From positions 1 through 64,000 of the forward strand of contig CAVZIW010000006.1 in NCBI GenBank assembly GCA_963775465.1: a stretch of DNA of 64,000 nucleotides, given 5' to 3'. Of the stretch, positions 1 through 10,848 are shown one piece after another. The notes under the pieces were generated by a model, which ran no database searches, was not told the origin of the DNA, and saw only the letters and a program-made list of their open reading frames with translations. The stretch's first letter is position 1. Each line of letters opens with the position of its first letter. Made by a program: the position numbers and the translations under genes. This DNA is from Candidatus Bathyarchaeota archaeon. Lineage in GTDB: Archaea > Thermoproteota > Bathyarchaeia > Bathyarchaeales > Bathycorpusculaceae.

Positions 1-193
1 GTGCAATCCTTATTTTTTCTAAATTCATATAACTAATTATCTGAAGTATTAATCGTTAATAGGACGCTGATTCAGAAGACTGATTATTTCCCTTCATAAT
101 ACCCATTTTTGAGACAATATAGCTTCGTTTTTGCAGAAAACTATTTTGGTCTATAGTAAGGGAGTAGATACCGACCTTTGGTCTATAGTTTTT

Positions 194-1066
194 TTATGTT
201 TTTCTTTTTCTTTTGGTTTTAAATTTTTTTGTTCCATTGTTTTTCCGTGATTCCGTGATTCCATAATAACTCAAAATATGCTTTGATAAAGCGGAGAAGA
301 CAGGATTATTTGTAATCATATAAGGCGACATTTTTGTTTCTTTTTGGCAGCTTGTCTCAATACAACTTGCTTGATTATCAAATAATATCATGATGCACTC
401 GGGAGGAGACGAAATATATCTGAAATCGAAGTTTGAATGCTTGAGCAAACGATTAGAATTTGGAATAGAAAATTCTATTTCAGACCACGACTCATAATTT
501 ATAGGTCCATCTATAATCATTCTAAATTTTACTCCGCGTTCAGCGGCGAGGTACATCTCATTGATCCAGTCAGTTAAACCTCGTTCGTTGAAAGCTACAG
601 AAAACAACTTTTGCCTTGTGGTAAAATCAAATGCATTTTTTGTTTTTCTCACAAGTTTCATTAATTCAATGTCTACGCCTGAACTATTGTCGCGAGAAAC
701 CATAACAGTTTTTACCTCTTTGTTGTAGATTGGTTCCCCGTTGTCACTGCAATTTTTTAAAAATTCGTCTGCTTGGCTCTTTAGGTATTCACTTTCTTGG
801 TCTCTAGATGTAAGCAAGATCTTCATGGCTTCACAAGGCGAGGTTGCTTCATATTTTGCAGGTGAATCAAAGTGTTTTTTTATTAATCCTAATTCTTGGA
901 GAGCAGGCAAGATACGATACACCTCTTCTCTTCCAATATCTGCGTTTTTTGCGATAATTTTGGCTGTAGCGATTCCTGACTTTAAATTACTGAGGTAGAC
1001 TTTGGCTTCAGAAGGTGAAAGCCCCAGCTTTTCAAGGGTTTCGGCATCCTGTCCGTAAATTATCAT
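194..1066 (-). CDS. TrmB-family transcriptional regulator (wHTH plus effector domain); C-terminus probably frameshifted near 280
   Basis: N-terminal LEKLGLSPSEAKVY...TAKIIAKNADIGREEVYRILPALQELGLI...PAKYEA is a TrmB wHTH. The typical ending YFELLW lies in another frame. Divergent from the first beta-propeller gene. Confidence 0.85.
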   Translation of the reverse strand: MIIYGQDAETLEKLGLSPSEAKVYLSNLKSGIATAKIIAKNADIGREEVYRILPALQELGLIKKHFDSPAKYEATSPCEAMKILLTSRDQESEYLKSQADEFLKNCSDNGEPIYNKEVKTVMVSRDNSSGVDIELMKLVRKTKNAFDFTTRQKLFSVAFNERGLTDWINEMYLAAERGVKFRMIIDGPINYESWSEIEFSIPNSNRLLKHSNFDFRYISSPPECIMILFDNQASCIETSCQKETKMSPYMITNNPVFSALSKHILSYYGITESRKNNGTKKFKTKRKRKT

Positions 1067-1149
1067 AATTAAGAATCGGTTATTTCTATTTATAAAATTT
1101 TTCTAAAGTCCTTTTTGAGTAGATTTGTATAATTCAATTTAGATTGGTA

Positions 1150-1190
1150 TGTATGTGTAATTTTCATCTACAAGTCATTAAATATCAAAA
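1150..1190 (+). promoter_or_regulatory. Conserved promoter: imperfect palindrome TGTATGTG-N7-CATCTACA followed by TATA-like TTAAATA
   Basis: Near-identical copy at 4175-4215 upstream of the second paralog. Confidence 0.65.
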
Positions 1191-1270
1191 AAACTGAAAT
1201 AGGAATGTTTGGTTGAAGCAAACTGAGTTAAATGCTTTATCCAAAACAAGAAATAAAGAAAGGAGTCAGA

Positions 1271-3882
1271 ATGAACTTAAATAAAAACAAAATTTTGACA
1301 AAAACAACAACAAACAAATCGATTGCAATCTTTTTGACATTTTTGATGGTTATATCATCAGCACTGATAATTCTGCCAACCATTTCAGCACAATATACAA
1401 AGATGCCCGATCGAGATACAATGACAGGCGTTGGCGTAACTCCATCACTAGTCGGCGCGGGACAGGGAGTGATCATTAACATTTTGGTTTATCCGGGACC
1501 GTCAGGACCAACTTACGAGGGTCAAACCCTTGTTCAACTGGTAAACGAAGGACAGGCAGCTGGCTTTGCCAATGTTTCAGTCACAATTACTAGCCCCGAT
1601 GGAACAAAAGATACATTTAAACCAATAGATATTTCTCTGCATAATCTTGGCATCGATGAACCTGGGCGAATGCAAATTGTAGGGCATTTGATGTTCGATT
1701 ATATTCCAACAATGGTAGGTAACTATTCTATCACTGCAAACTTTCCAGGGCAAACATACACTACTGACCATGTAAGCGACACAATTAAACTAAGCGTATA
1801 CTATAAACCTTCAAGTTCCATCACACCCACCATCCTGCAAGTGCAAGACGATTGGGTTACAGGAGGACTAATAGACGGATCCCCATGGTCACCTTTACCA
1901 GAAAACTACTGGGAAAATCCTGTGCAAACAGACAACAGAGAATGGTACGCAATTGCAGGAGATTGGGTCCAAGGAGAATACAATAGACTAGGAAGCAACT
2001 ATAATCCTTATTCGACAGCACCAAACTCTCCACATATACTCTATTCAAGACAAATAGCTGATTCTGGACTGATCGGCGGAATCTGGGGTAGCCAACCTTT
2101 AGCGCAAAGTTCAGGACAATATGGCGGACTCTCATACACATCAGACCCAATAATAGAAGGAGGAAAAATCTACAGAAACCATAGAGCAGGATACTTCGAA
2201 TGCGTAGACTTAAGAACAGGTGTAAGATTATGGGAAGCACCTGGCAGTGTTTCATTAGCTCAGAGACTGGATTTACCATTCCAAACCGAAGCTCAAGTAC
2301 ACGAAGGCGCTATCTCAAGTTGGCTGTGGGGTGGAATCACGTATAGCACTTCAGGAAAAGGCACCGACAAATGGTACAGATACAGCACATTTAACGGCGA
2401 TCTACTTCAAACTATTACGAACGTTCCCAAGGACCTAAGCTGGGTAGGATTTGACGATGGAGACCCAATCGTTTGGTGTGTACAGTCAGTTGGGAACGGA
2501 GGAAACCTTTGGAATACAACATTACCATTGAAAATCCCATATCTAAATTTGATTAAATGGAACTTCAGTCAATTGGTTACTACTCAAGTTTATGCGCAAT
2601 CGACCTCAAGTAATTGGAACGCTGGGATAATGTGGAATGTTTCTGCAATGCAAGATGATTTTGTAAGCATTGGTGACAGTAATTTCCGTGCTCCAGTAGC
2701 AATGGCATATAGAGACGCTAACGTTGTAGTCGTTAGAAACCCTAATGCAATGCAAATAATGGCGGGCTATGATTATACCACTGGTGCATTTCTGTGGAAG
2801 AATAATGCCACTGTTCTAAATATTGACATTCTAGCGCAGGGTGTATCGACGAGCGACAACGGACCTATGATAATGCTTGATAGTGGATCAAACACTCATG
2901 TAGCCTACGACGTAAAAACAGGTCAAGAAATTTGGCGAGCTTCACGAGGAGAGCTTCCATGGAGTCAAGTTCCAGCATACACCTACGTATATGATAACGG
3001 CACATGGTTCACTGGCAGCTTTGACGGATACGTTCGCGCATACAATATTCACGATGGCAGTCAAATTTGGACAAGTGATTTCGCTGGAAAAAACAATGAA
3101 AACGTTGTCGGTACAAATCCATTTAATGGTCGATCTATAGGAGCAGACGGAAAATTATACTATTCAAGTTCTACCGAGTATCAACTTATGCCAAGAACAA
3201 GATTCCAACACCTAGTCTGCATAAACGAAACAACAGGTAAATTCATCTGGGATCTGCCGATAGGAATTGCACCAAGAGCTATAGCTCAAGGCTACCTACT
3301 AGGCGAAGACATAGACAACGGCATACAATATGTGCTTGGAAAAGGCAAAACATCAATGACCGTTTCAGCCCCAGACATGGGAGTTGAGTTAGGTCGCTCT
3401 GTAATGATTACAGGTACAGTCATGGATCAATCCCCCGGCAAACCTAACACACCTGCCATCTCAGACAGGACATGACCGAATGGATGAGCTACCTCTACGG
3501 ACAAAACGCCACCCTACTTAACAATCCACCATCACCAAACGGCGTGCCAGTCACAATAATCGTAAAAGACTCAAACGACAACTACAGAACTATAGGTCAA
3601 ACCACCAGTGACTCTAATGGATTCTTCAAATTAAGCTGGACCCCCGACATTACAGGTGATTACCAAGTGTATGCGTCATTTGCAGGATCAGATTCTTATT
3701 GGTCTTCAAATGCTGTTACTGCATTCAATGTTGAGGAAACATCGGCAACTCCAGTACCTAATACGATTCAAAACCAATCACCAGCTGACATGTACTTTGT
3801 TCCGGCAGTTGTAGGAATAATCGTTGCAATCGTTGTATGCTTTGCCATAACAATACTTCTAGTTCTAAGAAAACGCCAATAG
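1271..3882 (+). CDS. PQQ-like beta-propeller repeat surface protein 1 (signal peptide, Ig-like domains, C-terminal TM anchor, RKRQ tail); one frameshift at ~3470
   Basis: ORFs 1232-3475 and 3472-3882 join as PAISD/DMTEWMSYLYGQ, matching paralog 2. Contains CVDLRTG..LW and AYD..TG..IW repeats. ATG 1271 follows GGAG. Confidence 0.85.
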
Positions 3883-3940
3883 AGACAGCAACAAAACAAA
3901 CATTTTTCCCTTTTTTTGTTTTGAAATGAATTGGCAAAGT

Positions 3941-4033
3941 ATAGGCTGAGAAGGCTATGGCAAAATCCCAAATAAGTTAGTGATAAAAATTAGGTTATTC
4001 TTCTCTCAATACTTCCAGATTTTCAGCAAACCA
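3941..4033 (+). ncRNA. Structured repeat element copy A (degenerate), BHB-like ends
   Basis: ATAG-GCTG-AGA-AGGCTATGG...CCAGATTT-CAGC-AAA-CCAT; homologous to copies at 6933, 10849 and 14117. Confidence 0.55.
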
Positions 4034-4174
4034 TTCTTGCAGAACTCTCAAATCTATCTAACTTAATCCTAAAGCAGTAAACTAAATTTTATAGACTTTT
4101 TTTGGAAGATAGTTATTTTGATTAATTTTCAAAATAGCCTTAAATCTTAATTTAAATTTTTTTGATATTTTACT

Positions 4175-4215
4175 TGTATGTGGGATTTTCATCTACAAGT
4201 CGTTAAATATCAAAA
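4175..4215 (+). promoter_or_regulatory. Second copy of the conserved promoter/operator
   Basis: TGTATGTGggATTTTCATCTACAAGTCgTTAAATATCAAAA matches 1150-1190. Confidence 0.65.
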
Positions 4216-4292
4216 ATGTTGATTTGGAGCTGTTTGGGTAAAGCGATTTTTTGAACTCGCTTTATACAAAACAAAATTAGGAAAGAAATAAA

Positions 4293-6886
4293 ATGGAATT
4301 AAACATTGACAAACTTTTGGTAAAATCAAATGCTCATAAAGCGATTGCAATCTTCTTAACTGTGATAATGGCTACATCAGTATTGTTCTTTATTCAGCCT
4401 ATTGTTTCAGCGCAATACACAAGCATGCCCGATCGTGATACTGACACTAATGTCGGTGTGACACCTACGTTAATAGGGCTTGGACAAGAAGTGACAATCA
4501 ATGTATTTGTGTATCCTGCTCCTTCAGGACCAACCTATGAAGGTCAACACTTGGTAGACCAATATAACGGTGGCTTTGCCAATGTATCTGTAACAATCAC
4601 ACACCCAGACGGTACTGCAGAGAGTTTTAAGCCAATAGACATAACGCTAGCAAGTGTCGGTATAAATGAACCAGGGCGGACACAAATTGTCGGACATTTA
4701 ATGTTCATCTACAAGCCTAGCACCGTAGGGAATTATACGATTAGTGCGAATTTCCCAGGACAAATATACACAACAGATAACATATATGAACCGGCAAAAC
4801 TTAGCGTTTTTTACAAACCATCTAGCACATCTGCTCCGACCAGATTCACGGTTCAACAAGAACAAGTATCTGCAGGAATACTTGACGGTTCACCATGGTC
4901 TCCTCTACCTGAAAACTATTGGGAAAACCCAGTGCAAACAGATAACAGAGAGTGGGCTGCAATTTCTGGCGATTGGCCTCAAAGAACGTATGACATTTTA
5001 GGAAGCAATTATAATCCCTACAGTACGGCTCCAAATTCACCACATATATTGTGGGCAAGAACTGTGTCATCAAGCGGTCTAATAGGAGGGGTTTTTGATA
5101 GTCTTCCATATGATCAGAGTGGTTCAGCAAGTGGCTCAGCACCTGCACCTAAGATTGGAGCAGTAATAGACGGAAAAATCTACAGACAATTAGCAAACGG
5201 ATACTATGAATGCGTAGATTTAAGAACTGGAGTTCAACTTTGGACTTCTGCAGGAAGCGTTTTCCAAGCTCAACGCCTTGATCTTCCCTTCCAGACAGGA
5301 ACACAAGCCCATGAAGGAGGCATTGCTAGCTGGCTATGGGGAGGAATATCCATGAGCACCAACGGAAATGGCGGAACAAATTGGTACAGATATAGTACAT
5401 ATGATGGACATACCCTGCAAACAATCACTAACGTGCCAAAGGATTTAACATCGGTTAAATTTGAAGACGGTGATCCCATTGCTTGGGTAGTTCAGGCAAA
5501 CTTAGCACTTTGGAACACAACAGAGCCAATGAAACTTCCTTACGTAAACTTGATCAAGTGGAACTTTTCAAAGATGGTCAGCACTGTCATCTATTCTAAT
5601 ATCTACAGTAACAACTGGAATGATGGAATTGAATGGAATGTCTCTGCGCAAACTGGTGATATAGTAGATATTGGCGACAACAATTTCCGAGGACCAACAT
5701 GTATGCCATTTCGCGATGCCAATGTTGTCATAGTAAGAACACCAAACGCTATGCAGATAATGGCTGGCTTTGATTACACAACCGGTGCATTTCTATGGAA
5801 GAACAATGCAACAGTTCTAAATCTTGATGTCCTTCTTGAAGGCTTCGCTACAACTCCGTCAGGGCCACATATTATGAAAGATGGCGCATCACCATACTTC
5901 GTTGCTTACGATGTTAAAACTGGGCATGAAATTTGGAGAGCTTCAGACGGAGAATTACCATGGGGAGCAATTCCCTGCTATAGCGTCGTATACCACAATG
6001 GCATAAACTTCTTTGGAAGTTACGATGGACACGTATATGCTTACAACAACGCCGATGGGAAACTAGTATGGATTAGCGACTACAACGGACAACAATTTGA
6101 AACAGTGTATAATAACCAGCCATTCAATGGGCATGCAATCGGAGCTGATGGAAAACTCTTCTTCTCAAGTGCTACAACATATCAAATGATGCCAAGACCA
6201 CGATTTGACGTAATCTTGTAAGCATCAATGAGACCACAGGTCACTTCTTATGGACACTGCCTTTAGGAATAATGCCTACAGCTATTGCAGATGGATACTT
6301 GGTAGGGGAAGATATTGACAACGGAATCCAATACGCAATCGGGAAAGGTCAAACAGCAACTACTCTCTCAGCGCCAAACATAGCAGTTACAAGTGGAACC
6401 CCCATCGTCTTGAAAGGAACAGTTATGGATCAATCCCCCGGCAAACCCAATACCCCCGCAATCGCAGATGCTGACATGAGCATGTGGATGGACTACCTAT
6501 ATGGTCAAAACGCAACTTTACTTAACAACCCGCCTACACCTACCGGCGTAACAGTTACTTTGAGCGTTCTTGATTCTAACGGCAACTACAGAGACATCGG
6601 AACGACAACAACTAATGCAGATGGTTTCTTTACATATGATTGGACTCCAGATATTGAGGGCAGCTACGCGGTTTATGCTTCATTTGCTGGTTCTGAATCT
6701 TACTGGCCATCTCACGCAGTATCGTCCTTCACTGTTAATCCAGCAAGTACCGGACAATCTAATACAATTCCTGAAACATCTAACGACTATACCATGGCAA
6801 TAACTTATGCTGCTACCGCAATCATCATAACAGTCGTCGTTGTTGGCGTTATTCTTGCAATACTAACGCTAAGAAAACGCCCTTAA
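4293..6886 (+). CDS. PQQ-like beta-propeller repeat surface protein 2; one frameshift at ~6215
   Basis: ORFs 4293-6221 and 6272-6886. The intervening frame reads LVSINETTGHFLWTLPLGI, matching paralog 1. Ends in TM helix plus RKRP. Confidence 0.85.
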
Positions 6887-6910
6887 AAACACCCTCTTTT
6901 CTTTTTTAGT

Positions 6911-6924
6911 TTAGCGCGCGCTAA
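6911..6924. repeat. Perfect 14-bp palindrome TTAGCGCGCGCTAA (prototype of a 7-copy motif)
   Basis: Variants at 14453, 17370, 18320, 21923, 25081 and 26367. Confidence 0.65.
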
Positions 6925-6932
6925 TCGAGAAA

Positions 6933-7036
6933 AATGGGGCTGAGTGGGCTTTGGAGCAAAATCACAGTACAATAGCCATAGTGAGTTAGGTTATCATTCT
7001 CCTTTAACCTAAAAATCCAAAGCCTCAGCAAACCCT
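6933..7036 (+). ncRNA. Structured repeat element copy B, BHB-like ends
   Basis: GGG-GCTG-AGT-GGGCTTTGG...CCAAAGCCT-CAGC-AAA-CCC with inner hairpin TTAGGTTA/TAACCTAA. Confidence 0.65.
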
Positions 7037-7105
7037 AAGAATACCCATATTGCGAATAACATAAAAGAAGAATAATTGCACAGATGGATTGGAGGAAGTT
7101 GCGTA

Positions 7106-7972
7106 ATGGATAAGTTCAGCAAGTTAAGAGCGCCTTACATTTTTGCATTAGCTTTGGCGTTTTTTGTGTTCCTCTTTTTTATGTTGGTTAAATCTTTTCC
7201 AGCTGAATACAATCTGTATCTTCGATTCCTTGAGCGTATTCAAATTAACGATGCGTTTTGGACTTCATTGTGGTTTTCATCTGAACTAGTTGGAGAAGTA
7301 GGTTTGATTCTGCGTTTTGCAGGCGCTTGCCTATTTTTAGCTTTTGCATGGATACTTGTTAAGCGAAAAAAGTTTGCCTCACATTTTCTCAGAAAGGCGT
7401 TACTATTAGAAGGTGCATATTACCTTTTTATTTTGCCTTTTATAATCAGTCTATTTGCTAGACCAAACACAACCCTTGTCAATATCGAGGCAGGATTTTC
7501 TTACACAATGCAAATTGTACTCATAACACCTGCTTTCTTCTATTTAGCTTATGTTATGAGAAAGCCGGGCTTTGATAGAGCTTGCCTGTTTAAATGGGGC
7601 GCGATTGGACTTATCGGTTTTACTTTTGCGTTATGGATAAAACATTTTCTTTTAAACTTGTATGCTTTGCCCATAAATTTTTCAGATCCTGTGCTGTTTT
7701 TCGGCTTTCTAAACTCGACATTGACACTCCTGACTGCTGGCTTAATTCTATTTTTTGCTTTCTTGCCTATAATTAGGGTTAGAAGGCAAGATTTTAATCC
7801 AAAAGTTGTGGGTTTTGCTTTTCTGTTAATTGGAGTCTACTTTATCGGATATTTAGTCGTGGCTGTATTGAATCAGAGTTACTTTAACTATTTGTTTTTA
7901 ACAGAACTCTGGGGTGTCGCATTTCTAGTTCCAGGCGCAGGTTATATGCTAAAAAATAAGCCTTCTAACTAG
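7106..7972 (+). CDS. Multi-pass membrane protein, unknown function
   Basis: About 8 hydrophobic segments. ATG at 7106 follows GGAGG (ORF track starts at TTG 7076). Confidence 0.75.
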   Translation: MDKFSKLRAPYIFALALAFFVFLFFMLVKSFPAEYNLYLRFLERIQINDAFWTSLWFSSELVGEVGLILRFAGACLFLAFAWILVKRKKFASHFLRKALLLEGAYYLFILPFIISLFARPNTTLVNIEAGFSYTMQIVLITPAFFYLAYVMRKPGFDRACLFKWGAIGLIGFTFALWIKHFLLNLYALPINFSDPVLFFGFLNSTLTLLTAGLILFFAFLPIIRVRRQDFNPKVVGFAFLLIGVYFIGYLVVAVLNQSYFNYLFLTELWGVAFLVPGAGYMLKNKPSN

Positions 7973-8131
7973 CTAATCGAGTAAAATAAATTTTAACAAA
8001 AATCTTTTATTTGTAGAAACTCGATATATCTTTTGTTGTCTTGTTTTGTGTTGTCTATAGAAAGCTAACTCGCTTTGCGTTGTCTTTTCTCCAGTGGCGT
8101 TGGAGCCAAAAACAGGAAGGCATAGTGCAGC

Positions 8132-8428
8132 TTGGGTGAAGTTGAAGCTAAAACCGGCAAGAAACCATCATTAAACCGTTCAGCAAAGGAGCGCAGAAAC
8201 ACGTTATTTCGCGTTTTAGACGGTGTTTTAAGTCTCTCCCATAAAAAAATTCATAATGGCGGAAATAGCGACAAAGCTAAGCAGGGGTGGGCGCGAGTTT
8301 TGGTTTCAGCAGTCTCAGCTTACGGTCCCTTGCTGAAGGATGAGGAGTTGGAGCTTCGGGTGTTAACGTTAGAGGAGAAGCTCAAGAACAGCATACTAAT
8401 ACCGAAACCGGAGGACAAGAAGAAATGA
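8132..8428 (+). CDS. Small helical protein, phage/MGE-like hypothetical
   Basis: 98 aa ORF coupled by ATGA overlap to the next gene; C-terminal coiled coil ELELRVLTLEEKL. Confidence 0.6.
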   Translation: MGEVEAKTGKKPSLNRSAKERRNTLFRVLDGVLSLSHKKIHNGGNSDKAKQGWARVLVSAVSAYGPLLKDEELELRVLTLEEKLKNSILIPKPEDKKK

Positions 8429-9219
8429 ACATTTTAAGCAGGAAACTGCATTTCTTGGAAAAAAACGTGTTACCTGAACTTCCCGAAGAGGGCACAACAA
8501 GAATAACATGGGACAATGGAGACACAGAGTTAAATGAAGCAGAAAACGAATTACACAGACGCGCAACCCAAATCTTGCAATACCATGCCGACGAATTGCA
8601 GGCAGCCAAAGAACGCGGAGATACCACTTATAATCCGTTATCAACAGATGACCAGGCACTTGTAGACGCAGCCAACCGCCGCTTTATGGCAAGGATACTG
8701 GATATTTTCCAAGTCTTCACGGATGCTTTTGTAACGTATAAAGACCCTATGGCTAACTGGGTGTTCTACACTCGGTTTTATTGGCTTATAGAAGAAACCC
8801 GCAAGTTTAAAGAGCAATACGACGCGGAAGAAGAGGTCTTTAACACGCCTGGCTATTGGGAGCTGTGCGAAGGCGAACAGGAAAGGCTTTTAGCTCCCGT
8901 CTATGCAGCTTGGAACCATGACCTATTTACTCCCAAGAGTTTTGAGCGTTACTGTGAAGAACATCATGTTTTCAAAACAACCGAGGACATACAGCAGTTT
9001 ATCGCTAACAGGACACCCGAGCAAGCTAGGCAAGACGAGTTAGAAGAACAGCAAGAACAAGCGGAAAACGCGGAGATCGATGCACGTAACGCACTTTACC
9101 TTAAAGAAAAATGTCCGACTTGCTCGGAGCCATGCGAGTGGTTTAAGAAGAATCCTCAAAATGTCCAAATTGATCAATCATCGACAGCAGAAAACGTAAC
9201 GGAGAATCCGAAAATATGA
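8425..9219 (+). CDS. Hypothetical protein with C-terminal CxxCxxxC motif
   Basis: 264 aa ORF with ATGA overlaps on both sides. Confidence 0.7.
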   Translation: MNILSRKLHFLEKNVLPELPEEGTTRITWDNGDTELNEAENELHRRATQILQYHADELQAAKERGDTTYNPLSTDDQALVDAANRRFMARILDIFQVFTDAFVTYKDPMANWVFYTRFYWLIEETRKFKEQYDAEEEVFNTPGYWELCEGEQERLLAPVYAAWNHDLFTPKSFERYCEEHHVFKTTEDIQQFIANRTPEQARQDELEEQQEQAENAEIDARNALYLKEKCPTCSEPCEWFKKNPQNVQIDQSSTAENVTENPKI

Positions 9220-9788
9220 GCCACCGACAAGTCGAAACCGAGCGAGACCGAGAAATTCCGATTCCGATGTCGGAACGCGTGAAAATCAGTGATCTCAAGT
9301 TTGACCAAGACAATCCCAATATGATGAGTTTGGCGCAGCTTGACCGATTGAAAGCTTCTATTAGAAGGTGGGGTGACATCGTTCCTGTCGTTACTAACAG
9401 TGAGCTTTTAGTGGCTGATGGGCAGCAGCGTGTTACCGCTATGAAGGAGCTTGGCATGACCGAGTGCAGCGTTATCCGTTTGCCCGTTAAAGACGTTGAT
9501 CGGCGATTGCTGCGGCAGGTGCTAAACAAGCTGAAGGGTAAACACAACAAAGAGCTGGACAGTGCTGAGTATTTGCGTATTGTTGAGGATGGCGAGAAGG
9601 AGGAGTTGAAGGCGCTCCTCGAATCCGTTGGGGAGAAGCTTCCTTTTGAGGTGGATGATCGTGAGATTTCTTTTTCTATTCCTGGAACTTATGAGTTAAT
9701 TGTTGAGTGCAAAGATGAGGCTGACCAGAAAGCTAAGTATGAAAAGTTAAAGTTGGAGGGTTATAAGCTACGGATTTTGACATTGTAA
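9216..9788 (+). CDS. ParB/Srx N-terminal domain protein (phage DNA-modification-associated type)
   Basis: ISDLKFDQDNPN...LKASIRRWG..PVV...VADGQQRV.A..ELG ParBc motif. Confidence 0.85.
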   Translation: MSHRQVETERDREIPIPMSERVKISDLKFDQDNPNMMSLAQLDRLKASIRRWGDIVPVVTNSELLVADGQQRVTAMKELGMTECSVIRLPVKDVDRRLLRQVLNKLKGKHNKELDSAEYLRIVEDGEKEELKALLESVGEKLPFEVDDREISFSIPGTYELIVECKDEADQKAKYEKLKLEGYKLRILTL

Positions 9789-10830
9789 AACGTTGGGAAG
9801 AATCTGATAGTTTTAGAGCACAAAGCGTTGTGGGCAGCTATACTCTAAATGATGTTAAGTTGGAGAAGCGGTTTAAGGGTTATTTGCCGCTTGAGGATTT
9901 TGACTGGCAAATAGGCGTGATTGTTGGGCGCAGTGGTTCGGGTAAAACAAGCATAGCCAAACAACTTTTCTCAGAAGCCTACATCCAAGGCTTTGATTAC
10001 AACAGCAAATGTGTTCTAGATGATTTTCCTAAAGAGTTAGAAACTAATGAGATTACGCGGATGCTTTGCAGTGTTGGTTTTGCGTCTCCTCCAGATTGGC
10101 TAAAAAGCTATGATTGTCTAAGCCAAGGGTGAGAAGATGCGAGTGGATATTGCTCGTGCGCTATGCTTGGACAAGCCATTGGTAGTTTTCGACGAGTTTA
10201 CTTCAGTAGTGGATAGAGAAATTGCCAAAGTCAGTGCTTTTGCCATAAGCAAAGCAGTTCGCAGATCAACAAAGAAGTTCATAGCTGTTACTTGCCACTA
10301 TGATGTCGTGGATTGGCTGGAGCCAGATTGGGTCTTCTGCACTGATACGATGGAGTTTAGTCGAAAAAAAGAGTCAGGCCGCCCATTAACCTCAGCGTTT
10401 ATCGGTGCGGCAATAACCTATGGCAGATGTTTCGGCAATATCACTATCTGAACGGCAGTTTAGGTGCAGGTGTTCGCTGCTACGTTGCACTCTACCAAAA
10501 CAAGCCCATAGCATTCATGGCAGTAGCATGCACCAAAATGAAAACAAAATATTATCGAGTAAGTCGCTTAGTAGTATTACCCGATTATCAAGGCATAGGC
10601 GTAGGCAAACGATTCTTAAACTCATAGCGGACCTCTACTGTTCCCAAACAAAACTGCCCTTTCTTATAGTCACAAGCAACCCACAAATCATTCGAGGAAA
10701 CCTCAAAGGTTGGAAGATAACGCGATTTGGTCATGCAAGCCGAGGACGAGAAAACACAAGAATCAACAATGAACTACGCAAAAGCCTTAGCAGAAATAGG
10801 ATAACTGCAACTCTATTACGTGAATTTTGA
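9770..10830 (+). CDS. ABC-type ATPase fused to GNAT acetyltransferase, split over four ORF fragments
   Basis: Walker A GRSGSGKT, signature LSQG/EKMRV, Walker B VVFDEFTSVVDR, H-loop VTCH, then FRQYHYL and GNAT motif A RLVVLPDYQGIGVG. Frame breaks at ~10130, ~10367 and ~10622. Confidence 0.8.
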
Positions 10831-10848
10831 TATTTAAAAAAAACATTA

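Noticed and set aside
6933-7036. Element as hammerhead ribozyme, TPP riboswitch or c-di-AMP riboswitch (CUGAG.. and CAGCAAACC resemble their motifs)
   Set aside because: No CUGANGA/GAAA core and no TPP P4-P5 half. GCUGA pairs with UCAGC, and the elements lie 3' of genes.
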